Shown: in pieces, positions 1 through 13,344 of the stretch
Layout of the letters: each line of letters opens with the position of its first letter
Position numbering within the stretch: the stretch's first letter is position 1
DNA from: the human T2T-CHM13v2.0 reference genome, Homo sapiens
Length of the DNA: 64,000 bases
Strand: one strand, 5' to 3'
Assembly: GCF_009914755.1 (NCBI RefSeq)
Contig: NC_060939.1
The notes under the pieces: model-generated
The model's database searches: none
What the model saw: only the letters and a program-made list of their open reading frames with translations
Told to the model about the DNA's origin: nothing
Position numbers and translations under genes: made by a program

Positions 1-1012
1 GCCCCAACTCAGAAACGCAGGGCTCCCACCAGCTCCATGGAGTGTGCAGCCCCAGCCACCTCCCTTCTGCAGCCAGTGTGATGGCAGCAGCCACTGCCAT
101 CACCTTGGTAAGACACAAAAGTAGGAGATGAACCCCATAAATGCTCAGGGGCTCACCCACTTGGTGAAGTGGCTGAGGATCCTGTGGAGCATTTCAGGAC
201 ACCCCAAGAAAGTGAAAGATAAGAGGTCATACCCCAAAATGAGGCATGATGCTTGCTGAGACTTTTTGCATTTTGAAGGCATCCTATACATGATTTGGGG
301 GTGCTATCCCAATGCATTGACCAGGGTGACTTTGAGACTACCAGTTGCAGGTGGGGTCCCCTGGGCCTCATCACCCAACAGATTCAGTGGTGCTCAAGTG
401 TTTGTGGCCAACAGCAACATAGCAGAGAGCTCCAGGAGGTGAACTGTAGTATTGAACTCCATATTCTGGAGCAAACCCATGCCTTCTTCTATATATACAT
501 TCTGCTTTCTAAAAAGCAGCTCCTGGCGTACCCCTGGGTCCTGGTAAGGACTGAACAGATGACCGGGGACATCAGCTGACTCTGCAATACTAAGCTGGCC
601 ATCAAATACTGGGTGTTACTTGACCCGCCCATCCATAAGGTTGGGCACATGCAGCTGTAAGCTGTCATCAAGTGAAGATCGGGTATGAGAGGATGGGTTG
701 GAGAAAATCCAGAAGGCACGTGTCAGTGTGTGAACAGGTGGCTGAGACCCCTGTGACATGCACTCCTGCTTGTGTTGACTCCTCTCTCAATCTGTCTGTG
801 GCTCACAGAAACTCCCGTGACCAAATGGCTGAGACCAGCCTTCAGATGGTTATCTGGGATAGTGGGTACCAGCTGAGAGTGGGCCCTGGGAATTCTGGAG
901 TGTCCTTGGAAGATGGCAGGGAAGGGAAATTGTCCCAGTGGATGGCGCTTGAACAGAACAAATGGCTCTCGCTTTTCTGGACCGAAAGACAGCCAGAAGA
1001 ATTAACCTACAC

Positions 1013-1754
1013 TAGTGATTCTCAGCAGTGGGTGCTCTCCAGTTCCAGTCCCCAGGGACATTTGGCAATGTCTGGAGACATTTTCGATTGCCATAACTAG
1101 GTGGGGGTGCTACTGGCATCCAGTGAGTGGAGGTCAGTATATTAGTCATGGTTCTCCAGAGAAGCATAACCAATGGAATATAGAGAGATACACAAAAACA
1201 ACAGATTTATTATGAGGGGTTTGGTTACGTGATTGTGGAGGCCAAGAAGTCCCATGAGCTGCACCTGCAAGCTGGAGGCCCAGGAAAGCCCCTGATGTAG
1301 CATCAGTCTGAACCCAAAGCTCTGAGAACCAAGGAGGCCAATGGTGTAAGTCTGGTCTCAGTCTGAGGGCTGGAGAGCCAGCAGAAGGGCAGGAGAAGAT
1401 TGATGTTTCAGTTCAAGCAGAGAGTGTAAACTCAACCTTCCTCTAGGGGCCTTTTTGTTCTATGTGGGCCCTTAACGATTTGGATGAGGCCCACCCACAT
1501 TGCTGAGAGCCATCTTTACTCAGTCTATGGATTCAAATGCTAACTTCTTCTGTAAACACCCTCACACACACCCAGAGATAATGGCTTACCAGCTAGCTGG
1601 GCATCCCTTAACCCAGTCAAGTTGACACGTAAAACTAACCACCACAGTCAGCTAGTGATGCTGCTGAACATCTTACAATGCACACAGGACTGTTCCCTAC
1701 AGAAAAGAATGATCTGTCCCCAAATTTCAATAGTGCCACTATTGAAAAACCATG
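1013..1754 (+). mobile_element. MER20 (hAT-Charlie DNA transposon), split into 1013-1137 and 1647-1754
   Basis: ccccagggacatttggcaatgtctggagacatttt...gtgctactggcatc and gatgctgctgaacatcttacaatgcac...aatagtgcc...ttgaaaaaccatg. Approximate 8-bp TSD acctacac/atttacac. Confidence 0.85.
1138..1646 (-). mobile_element. MLT2-type (ERVL) solo LTR inserted into MER20
   Basis: tattagtcatggttctccagagaa...cagtcaagttgacacgtaaaactaaccaccaca. Perfect 5-bp TSD gtcag at 1133-1137 and 1647-1651. Confidence 0.85.
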
Positions 1755-3449
1755 ATTTACACTGATTCATGGGCAGGTGAAAACAATTTGACTAGATGCT
1801 CAGGAACTTGGAAAGAACAGGATTCCAAGGTTGGTGACAAGGAAGCATGGTAACAGATGTATGTACGGGAAGGTGGAGTAGGATGTATGTGGATGGATCG
1901 CTCAGAAGGTGTAGAGAGACTGGAAATATTTGGGTGGCATGTTTATGCTCACCAGGAGCTCCCTGTGCAGAGGAGGCTCTTGAGACTCAGGTGGACAAGA
2001 AAGCATGCTCTGTGATGCTAGCTGACCCTCCCACCAGCCATCCTGATGTTTATTCAATGCGCCCAGGACCATGATTACAGGGATGGAGGCTGTGAATGAA
2101 CACGACATGAATTTCCTCTTGCCAAGGCCAGCCTGGAGGCCACCACTGCTTTGTTGGAGTGATCTTCTGACAGCCTCCCCTGTGGTGCATTCCTGGGGAG
2201 GGCCAGCCAGATTCCTGTTGGCCAGCTGGACCCCTTCATAAAGGAAAATAATTTTCCCTCACTGGAATAGGTGTGCCCTGGATTCAGATTTGCTTTCCCT
2301 GTCTGCAATGCTGCTGCCAAAAGCCACTATCGTGGACTTAAAGAGTGCCTTATTCATCGCTGTGGTATTCTACACAGTGTTACTTCTGATGAAGAATTTC
2401 AATTTTAAAGCAATGAGATCATGCACAAGGATTTCACTTACTCCACATCCCACTGACCCAGAAGCAGCTGGCTTGATAGTGCTGTGGTCCTGCCTAGTGA
2501 AGACTCAGTTAGTATGCCAGCAGGGAGACAGCTCCCTGAAAGGTCGGAGTTCTACCTTACAGATGGAGTTTGGGATTTGAATCAGCAACTGCCATATGGT
2601 CTGCCATATGATGATCCCATGGCCGGAACACATGGTCTGGGAAACAAGAGGTGGGCATATGAGGAGCTCTTGTCACTATGAAGCCTTGTAACCAAGAATC
2701 TGTACCTGCCCCTGCCCCATACCTCGTAACCAAGAATCTATACCTCCCCTGCTCCACACCTTAGCGCTTTTCTGTTTTGTAGTTCTTACTTCCCCAGGGA
2801 GCTTCCCAAAAGGCAGCACAGTGATTTCGCTGAACCTGGAGCTGAGACTTGGCCATTTTGGGCTTCTGAGCTAGGTGAATCAATGCAAAGAAAGTCGTTA
2901 CTCTATTGGCTGGGTGACTGAATGAGTTGTTGCTACATAATGGGGGCCAATAAATGATGTCTGAAATCTAGGGGACTCTTTGGGGTGCCTTTAATTTTGT
3001 CCACATCCAAAAATAAGTTAATGGTAAATGATGGCATTGAAAAAAAGGGCTTGTGAGGACTCAGCATCTACAGGAATGAAAGTTTGGATTGTCCTTCAGG
3101 TAAAGAATCCCAACAACCTGAGGTCTGCCTGAGAGCAAAGCCAACATGGAATGGTTATGGAAGAAGGTAGTTTCAAACACCAACAGTGCTCTGTGGCCAG
3201 CTTCAGTTCCAGGGGGGCCTGCAGTAGGGAGGCATATTTGCCTATCTTTCTTCTTGCTCAGTGTGCGTGTATACACACATACATGTACGTTCATACATGC
3301 ATACATGCATATATATGCATGTGTGTAGGTGGGTCAAGACACATAAGGACTTGCTCATTCCTTTTGCTTCCAGTTTCTCTCAATGTTGTCTTAGCAACAG
3401 CTCTTCACTTGCTAGCTGCAGTTTGTTTCAATTTCATTCTTCCCCCCAC

Positions 3450-3822
3450 AGGAAAGAAGTGGCCAAATCACAGCCTCTACTGAGACACCGGCAACCCCTC
3501 CCTGGTGATCTGAGCCTAGCACTGCGAGCCTCCCCCTCTGGCTTCCTGAGGCACAGGCACCAGCTGGGAAGAGCTCCCTTTTCAAAGGTCTGACCTCAAC
3601 GCGGTGGAGCCCTGCCCTATCTGCCTGTGGATTTTAACAACATGCTCTCTTTGCTTTGCCCCTGACCCTGTGAGGAAGCTGCTTCCTGTATGTTCTCTCC
3701 GTGGGACGTGTATGTCTCCTTTTTGTGTTTTTTAGGCTTCCAATACCTGCTTGACTAGTTTCCTATACTAAATTCTCTGTCAAAATAACTGAGGTGACTT
3801 CTGTTTTTCTAAATAATACACA
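3450..3822 (+). mobile_element. Old ERVL LTR remnant (LTR33/LTR16-like), probable 3' LTR of the ERVL relic
   Basis: Ends in ...aaattctctgtcaaaataactgaggtgacttctgtttttc...aataca, directly downstream of the ERVL internal sequence. Family assigned from recall. Confidence 0.45.
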
Positions 3823-4802
3823 GATTTTTTGATTTGGTGGGGAAACTTCAAGAGCCTTGAGTCGCTTTTTACAGAACAGAAACCTGGGGCTGGAGGGGTG
3901 AGATGCCTTCCTCAAGGTCAATTCTGGGGCCAGCCCAATCCAGGGTTCCTACCACCATCCTATATAGTCTTCTAAGCACATTTCAAAGCTTCAAATGCAG
4001 TATTTTGTCTTTCATACGGGATTCTCTGCTTGTCCTGAACAAACTAAGAACAGTTTCCTGTTTCCTCGTGTAGAAAAACATTAGAGCCAGAAACGGATGG
4101 TCCCATTGGCCTTAACAGGATTCCATGGGTATGTAGTGGCCATGGCTCCAGCAAATCCCACAGCCCTGCCAGGTATCTTTCCTGTCCTTCTCCCATCTGT
4201 GCTAACTCACCCCCCACCTGGAGCCAGATGGACTTGGGTGTCACCATCCCCCAGACTCTGAGCTCCTCCTGGGCAGGGGCCTTGCCCATTCCTCAGGATG
4301 ACAATGTACTCTGATGCTGGGAGCACAGACCCTCATGTCAGACACACCTGAGCTGGAATCCTGGCTTTACGACTTACCTCGCCAAACCTTACTTTTCTTC
4401 TCTACAACACAGAGATTTTGCTATCTCACACGGTTGCTGCATGGATTGAATTCCACTAGGCACAGAATGTGCCACCCCCCAATGATGCCTATTCAGTGCG
4501 TGAGACCCTGTCATTACCTCCTCCATCACTGTCCCAGTGCATGGCACACAGTGGGTTGGGACTGAGTCCTGGGTGCATCACACCTTCTTTAGATAGGCCT
4601 GTGGCCTGGACCCCACCCACAGCTTCCTGAGGGGGCTTCTTTCTTTTACAGAGGCAGCGCCTCTCCTCCATAGAAGAGCACTCACAGATAAAAATTCACG
4701 GCAAAATCCTCCTCCTCCTCCTCTATGCTCCCAGCTGCCATTCTCTTGCTTATGGTTGCAACCTCTGGTGAAGACATGTTAAGGACAACCCTATTCAGCT
4801 TT

Positions 4803-5162
4803 TGATATGGTTTGGCTGCGCCCCCACCCAAATCTCATCTTGAATTGTAGCTCCCATAATTCCCATGTGTTGTGGGAGGGACCTGGTGGGAGATAATTGA
4901 ATCATGGAGGCGGTTTCCCCCATACTGTTCTCGTGGTAGTAAGTCTCATGAGATCTGATGGTTTTATAAGGGGTTTCCCCTTTCACTTGGCTGTCATTCT
5001 CTCTTGCTTGTTGCCACGTAAGACTTGCCTTTTGCATTCTGCCATGATTGGGAGGCCTCCCCAAACACGTGGAACTGTGAGTCCATTAAACCTCTTTTTT
5101 TTTTAGAAATTACCCAGTCTCAGGTATGTCCTTATCCGGAGTGTGAAAACAGACTAAATACA
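4803..5162 (+). mobile_element. THE1 (MaLR) solo LTR, THE1C-like
   Basis: tgatatggtttggctg...ccaaatctcatcttgaattgtagctcccataattcc...gactaaataca. Perfect 5-bp TSD gcttt. Confidence 0.92.
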
Positions 5163-5239
5163 GCTTTCATCCAGATAGAATGTGTCATGGTCATTTTAGA
5201 AAGGAGAGAAACTATTTTCCTCTTATATGAATGAAACTT

Positions 5240-5541
5240 GGCCAGGCGTGCTGGCTCGCGCCTGTAATCCCAGCATTTTGGGAGGCTGAGGCAGGTGGAT
5301 CACTTGAGGTCAGGAGTTTGAGACCAGCCTGGCCAACAACAGAGTAGTGAAAACCTGTCTCTACTAAAAATACAAAAAAAAAAAAAAAAGATTAGCTGGG
5401 CATGATGGTGCGCACTTGTAATCCCAGCTACTCAGGAGGCTGAGGCAGGAGAATATCACTTGAACCTGGGAGGCAGAGGTTGCACTGAGCCAAGATCACG
5501 CCACTGCCTGGGTGACAGAGAGCTAGACTCCGTCTCAAACA

Positions 5542-5567
<26 letters not shown>
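5240..5567 (+). mobile_element. AluS element
   Basis: Full dimeric Alu with a long A tail; partial TSD gaatgaaa. Confidence 0.95.
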
Positions 5568-5572
<5 letters not shown>

Positions 5573-5767
5573 TGAAATGGTGACAACTGGGTTTACATCT
5601 CATCTGGCTGGGAAAACACTTAAACAAAACAAAACTGGTATGGATGGATGTCTGATATAGTCCTCTTCCTCTTGGCAATAAAGCTTTTCTTAGATGGCAT
5701 TTTACCAAGAACACAGGAGTCAGTGGGCAAATAATTGGACCAACCAATACTTTACAAACATGTTAAT

Positions 5768-5773
5768 TTTATT
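5768..5773 (-). terminator. Distal polyadenylation signal AATAAA
   Basis: Plus-strand tttatt. On the minus strand it is followed by ...tgtttgtaaagtattggttggtcc (GU-rich). Confidence 0.65.
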
Positions 5774-8024
5774 GAGTAGGCATCAAAGCTTCTCTCTGTG
5801 TCAGGTAATGGAGAAGCCATGTCACACAGATTACAGAGCTATTTTTACTTGAAATAATCTTTCATAAAAGAAAGAAATTAAATACAATTCTTCTATAAAA
5901 AGTGCAGTAGTCATTACTGGAAGTTTTCCAAAATGAAAGCAAGATTTACTACATATTGCAAAAACTGGTTTAGTGCTTTAATACTTTACAAAGTAATATC
6001 CCAACCACAGAAGACAGCTCTTACAATGGGTTTCTTCTCCAAGAATGGACCGGATTGAAAAGGATATTTGCATTGAATTGGAATTAACACCTGCAGGTAG
6101 AAAGGGGTTCTGCACAACTGGGTCAAAGTAATGTGATTGACGACCTACTTTTGCCTCAGTGTTTTCCTTTGTCCACAGTAATCAAAGAAAATGGGAGAAA
6201 TAAAGCAACATATATCATCCAAAAATCAGTCAAAGAAACCAAAAAAGAAAAAAGAGGAACATTCACTGACTTCATTAGGCCAAACGCACGTTTAATGGAA
6301 CAAAGCAAACACAGGGTGAGGATGGTCCCTTGTTATAATTAACTTCAACAATCCTTAGTTAAAACAAGGCCAAATTCTCAAAGGTGATGGTGAATGGAGT
6401 TCAAACTCCGTAGATGAGGCAGTAACAGGTCACTAAGGAGCTTAGTCCCTCTGTGGACCCAGCTAAGCCTGCTCCTTGCTCCTAACAGCGCCTTTACTTG
6501 TAGGACTAAGAGCCCAGCCTTTCCCACCTGGGGGCCCAGGGAAGACAAGCTCCTACTGAACGGTGACTGGCTCTGTCAGAGGTGGGGCTTGCCTCTGTGT
6601 GTACAGGGGCTGGAGGCCACAGCTGATCTCCAACACATGCTCATGGTGAGTTTCCTAGTTTTGGTCCTAAGTTAGCGGAGACAAGCTGCCCCACTCCCCA
6701 CTGCCAAGTCATCATTCCGTATCAGGTGTTTGGATTCCATTCCTGCAAGCGGGAAGAATGTGTGCAAAGAGCTGGACAGCCCATAGGGCCTGGGAGACCT
6801 TCACGGACACCTGCCATGGAGAAAGTTTGCATGGGCCAAGGGGGCAGGCTCTTGGGAAGCACACACTCCCTCCCTGAGTGCTGGCAGGAGCAGGCTTCCA
6901 GTCTGTTTGGGCAGCAATGAAAGGGACACTGTTTATTTGGCAATTCAAGCACAGGAATGCACATGTGTGGGCCCACTCACTGCTGGCTGGACAGCTGCAG
7001 AGAGGGCATCACGATGGAGACCTTATGCCCCCTCCCACGAGGGACCTGAAAATATGGCATCAAGAGAAATGACAGCAAAACCACGGAAGTGGATTAAACA
7101 GGAGGACAAAGCCTTTAACCAGGCCACAGTAGGACAAAAGTCCCATAAGAAGCTTGTAACAGTATTTTGCCAACAACTCTTAGAAGAAAACGCATTTGGC
7201 CAAAGGACCTAGAAGTAAACACCAAAGTTAGGTAGTTGTGAAAATCATCTGGCAGGGGCAGGAAGGTCATTGGAGGACCCACGCCTCCCCTGCTGTGGGT
7301 GAGGCCACCTGCCAGCACTGGAGGGCCACCGTGCTGGGGCCTGGGCCCAAGGAGGTGTGTGTTGCTTGGCTCTGTGGTGTCAAGGCCCTGACCTTCCAGT
7401 GCACCTCCACCAGTGGCCAATGGGGATACCCGGGGGCCTTGGCTCTCTGGCCCTGCTGCTTCCAAATTTGTCAATGCAGTTACCCAGCCCTGAGCCGGTT
7501 AATGTTTGTGACAAGCTCCTCTTCCTCTGCAGCCTTGCTTTGGTGGCTGGAGGATGAGTCCTTCTAATGGTCAGGTGGACTTTCCCTGGGCTGGGCCATC
7601 TGCTGCCACCCGTGTTGAACTGGGAAGGACTGGGAGACACCTAAAGACTGATTACAAAGGATTCTCTGGAATGGTCCAGGTCTACAGTGACCTCATGGAG
7701 TGATGGGAACCCACTACTGTGCATCTGGCTACAAAAGCTACCTGCAGAAAACTGTCTTCATCCCAGCTGGTTCCAAAATGCTCCCCTGCGAACAGTGAGC
7801 CTCATATTTGTGAGGTGGGGCTAGCGGCAGGGCAGGCATTCACTTGTCTGTGAACAGAAGCCACCGCTGCTGCCCGGTGTATCTAACCATCTTGTACCCA
7901 TAGGAGCCAGGTCACTGGGTCAGCTAAAGTTCTCACAATAATAGAACCTAGATTTGATGAAAGCTGAAATTGACATTTTCTGGCCTCTTAATAGTTTTCA
8001 ATTTACTGATTTAATTTCCTTTTT

Positions 8025-8560
8025 TCAATAAATACTTATCCAGTGCCTAATATGTGTCAGGCACTGTTGTAGGCACCAGGATACAGCAATGAGCAAGACA
8101 TATAAAAGTTCCTGCCCACATGGAGCTTACAGTCTATGGGAGATGGGGAGGCGAGAATCAAATAAATGGATGAATGATTAACATCTGCAGCACTCAGATG
8201 GTGATAGGTGCACAAGAAGAAGATGCAGAGAGGTGGGTAGGGAGGGAGGGTGGGGTGTGTTGTCCTTTTAAATAAGTCAGGGAAGGCCTCGTTGAAAGGT
8301 GACATTGGAGCAAAGACTGGCAGGTAGTGAGGGGTGAACCATGTGGCTCTCTGGGGAAGAATGTTCAGGTAGAAGGAATGGCATGTGCAAAGGCCCTGAG
8401 GCAGGAGGGTGCCTGTGACTAGAAACGGCAGGAAGGCCTACGTCCCAGGGCAGAGCAGCAGGCAGAAGAAGTACTGGGATGGGAGAGGCCTTTGTAAGGA
8501 CCTGGCTTTTCCTCTGCCATGGGAGGCTGTTTCTTCGTTTAAAGGAGCACTCCAGTGTCT
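8025..8560 (-). mobile_element. L2 LINE 3' fragment inside the 3' UTR
   Basis: aataaatacttatccagtgcctaatatgtgtcaggcactgttgtaggcac...ggagcttacagtct...aaggtgacattggagcaaagac is typical reverse L2 sequence. Confidence 0.75.
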
Positions 8561-11500
8561 GCAGATAAATTCTAAAACAGCTGGTTTCACTCATTTGTCC
8601 TCATTAAATAGGTTGCTTTGGTCTTGAATAAATTCAGCCTATATTTACTCTTAAAACCAAATGGTACTCTTCGCCTTATGTTAAACTAACAAATTATGTA
8701 TATATATATCCTTGATATGCTCTTTGGGAGGAATAAAAAGATGCAAGCAATGTGCATCATTCTGTATGTACATAATTAGGATTAGTGAGGCCCCCTTTTT
8801 TGGCAAGATTAAAATAGCAAAAATGCAATTTTCAACAAATCATTTGGCAAAATAAATAGAAACAGTAACATTACTAGCATGGTTGGAGATGATGGCTTCA
8901 GTGCTACTCTGCAACTACGTGTGTCTTCGGCTCAGCCTGGTGGGGCCAAGTTCTTCATACTGCACAGACTGCACATAACTGTTGTTCCCAAGGGGTCCCT
9001 GCAGGGCATCTCCCTCGCTCTTTTCTGCTGGGGGTGCAGTGGGGAGGAATAATAGATCTTTTGGCAAAGAAGGGACCTGCATAACTGCTAACAGGCCAAT
9101 TTGCACAGTGCCCGGAGCTGTCTTTTGTGACAGAAGCTTGCAGAGTGGTCCAGCCTGGATGTGCCGCAGGGCCTCCTGGGGTGAGCGTGGGGGGCTCTCC
9201 CCATGGCGTGTGCTGGCCTCTCTATCGTGAACTACCCAGGACCCACTCCCGAGTCAGTGAGGCAGCACTGGCAGAAATACACTCCGGGCCAACAGACCCA
9301 GAGCTGTGGAGAGGACACGGGCAACAGGGTGGACTTGAATTAAACAAGAACAAAGCTGAGCGCTGGTCACTGCCCCGGCCAGCCACACTAAAACAGGCCA
9401 GCTAGAGTTTAGAGTCAGGAGTAAATGGGAAGGTGGTGCCTCAGATCTCTAGAGAGCCACCACTTTAAGGCGTTTTGGAAGGGGCCACCTGCTCCCTGGC
9501 ATGCCAGCCACCTCTAGGCCCTTCATACGGTGTGTCTGTCCTCAGCTGGCAGCAGAACCGGACTCAACTAGAGCAGGGGCCGCCTCTGCAGCCCAGCGAG
9601 GATGAAGCCAGGGCTGGTAAGGTCTGTCTGGCCCAGCAGGGCTTGCTCAGCCACAGAAACACATTTCTTCTTATCTATTAGAAGCACTGAGGAAAGAAAA
9701 AGGACAGAACACTGGGGGTACTTAATTTTAAAGTCCACACCAAGATGAGGAGAAAAAAAATCATGGCCATAAAGAAAGGAGCCCCAAACATACAGTAGAT
9801 GCCTTCAGCTTTTACTCCAGGTCTCTTCGTAAATAAAAGACTCACATGGAATGGAACTTACACACATGGATTTGGAAAAGTCTGTTTTTTCTTGTACAAA
9901 TTTCCCACCACTGATAAGTACAGCCCTTTTATCTTAACCAATGGGAAGTATATTTTAAGTTTATTTTTGCAAAGTAGAATAGTTCGCAAAATAAGTTTGT
10001 GGACACTAAGTGGGGGGGGGGGGTGATGGGCCCATGACCCCTCCCCAGAGACAGGGCGGGCTCTGCATGGAGGATGTCCACACCCTGAGGTGTGCACCTG
10101 GGGGGCATGGAGAGTCCTTTTATCTTCAGCACCCCCAATTCTTGACAGTAAGCTACGAGAAGTAGTAAATTAAATCATTTGGGAAAACATTCGATTTGTA
10201 AATAGATTCAAATGCCACTGGGTGGTAATAGGTATGAAAAGGTCCACAGTAATTTAGTGAATACAAAGTATTCATTTAAGAGGAAAGGTGCAGTACCAAA
10301 ATCCATGAACAGAAAAAAGGAAATCAAGCTTTCAATAAAAAAAGACACTGATACATTCCCACTTTCAGAAGGTATTTGAACAAGCAGCAAAAAGCGTTTA
10401 ACCCCCCGGAGCCCACAGTGGAGCTCCTTCCCACCTCCAGTTACCCTTCCAAGGGACAACCCTGTGGCAATAACGGGTGCAAAATATTGCTCTGTGGCAT
10501 GTTCTGAAAATAATACAAAAATAATTTTTATAGTACAGTTTAAACTTGGCTTGTAAAATTTCAACGTAACACAGCATAAAGTCTACCAACAGAATACACT
10601 GAAAAACACCTTCCCTTAACAATATTTTAAAAAAATCATTTACCCAGATAACAAATGTGCAGGAAATGTAAAGTAAATTTCTGAAATAACCTTCGCAGGG
10701 GTTTAGAAGTATCTGGGATCCTCTGGAAACCTGCAGTCCCTTGGAGACACCTGTCCTTCCTAGAAAGGGAAGTGTGGCCAGATCAGGTGGGGAAGGCTGC
10801 TCTCAGGCAGGGTCAGCTAGGGCAGCAGGGCCATGCACCCCGGTAGGACTCACCTTCTTCCCTTTCTCCCTGCTCCACAAAGGGCCCTCACGCCATGGAA
10901 CACGAGGGAAGCCCTTGGCCCACATGCAGTCAACACAGTTTTTAATAGTTTCTGGCCAGCCTGCTGAAGTTGGTCTCTGGCCAGGGACGAGGTCTACACG
11001 CCTCTTCTCAAGGAGCATGCTGTCGGTGCACGGGACTAGCACATTTAATATGACCATCCGCTCTCTCCCTTTTGCATTTTTAATACTGTTTAGAGGAAGG
11101 ATGGATCCAGCTCTCTCACAAAAGGAAATGGCTATTCCTAAGTCATGTGGACTGAGTGGTAATGTATCAGCCTGGAGCAGGTGTCTACAGGCGTCTGGCG
11201 CCTCGTTACCACATTGAGAAGCTGGGGTGCAGGATGCAGCCAGTGGCTTTATCTCAGGCTCTTATTTAGGGCACATCTGTCATCAGATGGTGATGGGTGG
11301 AGGTAACTTGGAAATGCAAGGGTAGAATAGGTCCTGGTGTTTTGATAATTACGTACTCTGCCTGGTTTGGAAGGTTTTCCTCTATTACAATGGACGGTTT
11401 TTATTCTGTTTTATTTTTTTATTTTTTAAATTAGACAAACCTGGCAGATAGCGTGAGAAAGAAAATATCTGAATTAGCATAGCCAGTTTTAGAAATTTCT

Positions 11501-13338
11501 GGTTGGCTGTTTTTACATTAAGAAATGAAAAAAACAAGCAAGAATTGACTTTATGCCTCCTTGACATCTTGTGCATATGAGTTTGGTTTCTGAATGGATT
11601 ATTGGAGCATTTTTAAGGTTGGGTGTCTCAATCTTTTAAGAGTGACGAGCATGAGGAGTGGCTGGCATCCACACCTGAAGCAACACTTTCTGTGATCCCA
11701 CAGCTTTGGATGCCAAAGCAGCTGCTCAGCGTGACACGAAGAATCAGTCCAGAAAGCTGCCACAGACCCTCTCCATGAGATTTTTAAAAAACCACTTTTG
11801 TTTTCTGAGTAATAAAAGAAACCCCAGTAATATTAGGGACATGGATGTTAGTACAGTAATTACCACACATTGAAAATATTGTTCAGCAGGAAAAGTAAAA
11901 CTTTCAAAAAATTTCTTAAAGATCCTATTTAATAAATAATTTTTGATTTAAGGAACCACTTATGCAAAACTTGAACAAATTACTGAAAACTCCACCTGCT
12001 GTGGAATAATTAAAAACAAAAAGGCATTACTCACAGGAGATACTCAATTATTTTATTATAATTTCTCAAACAAGTAAAAAAAATCCCCTCGCCCCCCCTT
12101 TTTTTTTGTTTTTGCTGCTCTTTAGTTAGGGAAAAAAGCATCGTTTCTAGAGGAGAAGCTGGCTCCAGTGAAGAGATGGTCGACCTCCTGCTTTTTCTGA
12201 GGATACACTCACAGCAAAGCCAGGCGCTTTCTCCTGTCCTAGGATTATTAGAAGCTATTCTAAGGCTCTCACAGGTTTTATAGTATTCTTTGTTAGTGAG
12301 GATTTTACCCATCTTATCCTCATTTCTTGGAAACAAGCTCGTTCCTTAGTGAGGCAGATTTAGCTCCTCAGTGTCCTTGGCCAAGAACGGTGTTCTCCGG
12401 AGGTAATCTTGGAAGGAAGAGGCTGCATATTGCTGCTCAAAACAGGGTAGCTAAGGACACATTTTTTTTTTCCTCAAGAAATGTAGGAGGCACCAAAAAA
12501 GAGACCGCTCAGGGATCGGGCTGCTCCCTCATTGTGTCACGAGACGGAGGCAGGGTCGTCCTGCCCCGTGGAGGGGCCACGATCACAGTGAGTCCCTTTA
12601 CCTGGCTGAACCCAGACAGATGCAGGTGTGGGGGTGGGCTTCCTTCCTGGTTCCCCCAGCCCCTTCCCTTTGGAAAGAGCAGCAGCCTAGTGGGGGCTTA
12701 CACAGTGACCAAAGGGTCAATTCCTCGCTGTCTCCCGGGGCACCGATGGTCACCGCCCAGGGGCCCGCCAGCGACAGTCCACTGTGGAAGTGCCTTCAAA
12801 GGAGAAATGTGAGCAGCCTGTCCTATCTGCTCCTCTATGAGCAAATCCAAATTGTGAGATGGGAACCCTGCTTTTTGGACCCTAGGTGTCTTTGGAAAGC
12901 TCCTGTCACCTGAACTGCCCGGCACTGGGAGCCATCGCTGTACCTCACGGCGCCCGCGAGACGGGTGGTCCAGTGCCCTTTCCACGGCCGCCCGCGGCTT
13001 GGATGGCAGTGTGAATGGTGCTTGAGCCGGGGCTGGGGGAGGAGGTTTTGCTTATGAAATGGAGCTGTGTGTTTCTAAAGGGCCACAGTGACCACCAGGG
13101 CGTCAGCTGGCGGCCAGGTACCCGCCTTCTCCTAGGCCTCGGGATGGGAGGCAGGTAGAGCTCACAGAGGAGCCTCCACCGCAGCCCCGGGTGCGCGCTC
13201 GCTCTAAGCCCTGGGTACTACCAACCGCGCACAAGGGACCGCTACCTGGAAGAGGTCATCGCTAGGGTAGGAGAAAAAAAAAAAAGCAAAAAAAGCATGT
13301 AAAACACTCCCTTCTTAAAACAAAGGGCTGCGAATTTC

Positions 13339-13344
13339 TTTATT
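13339..13344 (-). terminator. Candidate proximal polyadenylation signal AATAAA
   Basis: Plus-strand tttatt ~300 nt past the stop, with U-rich tracts downstream on the minus strand (plus-strand A-runs at 13274-13294). Confidence 0.45.

Larger units (their letters stand above)
1..3230 (+). mobile_element. Ancient degraded ERVL-family internal region (RT/RNase H, integrase, dUTPase remnants)
   Basis: Degenerate translations resemble HERV-L pol: KQLLAYPWVLVRTEQMTG, WVLLDPPIHKVG, YTDSWA..SGTWKEQDSKVGDKE, HPTDPEAAGLI (integrase), ISLNLELRLGHFGLL (dUTPase-like), GMKVWI. Many stops and frameshifts. Confidence 0.8.

Noticed and set aside
10012-10030. Poly-G run as an RNA G-quadruplex
   Set aside because: On the mRNA (minus) strand it reads as a C-run, so it is not an RNA G4 of OTUD7A; no other support.
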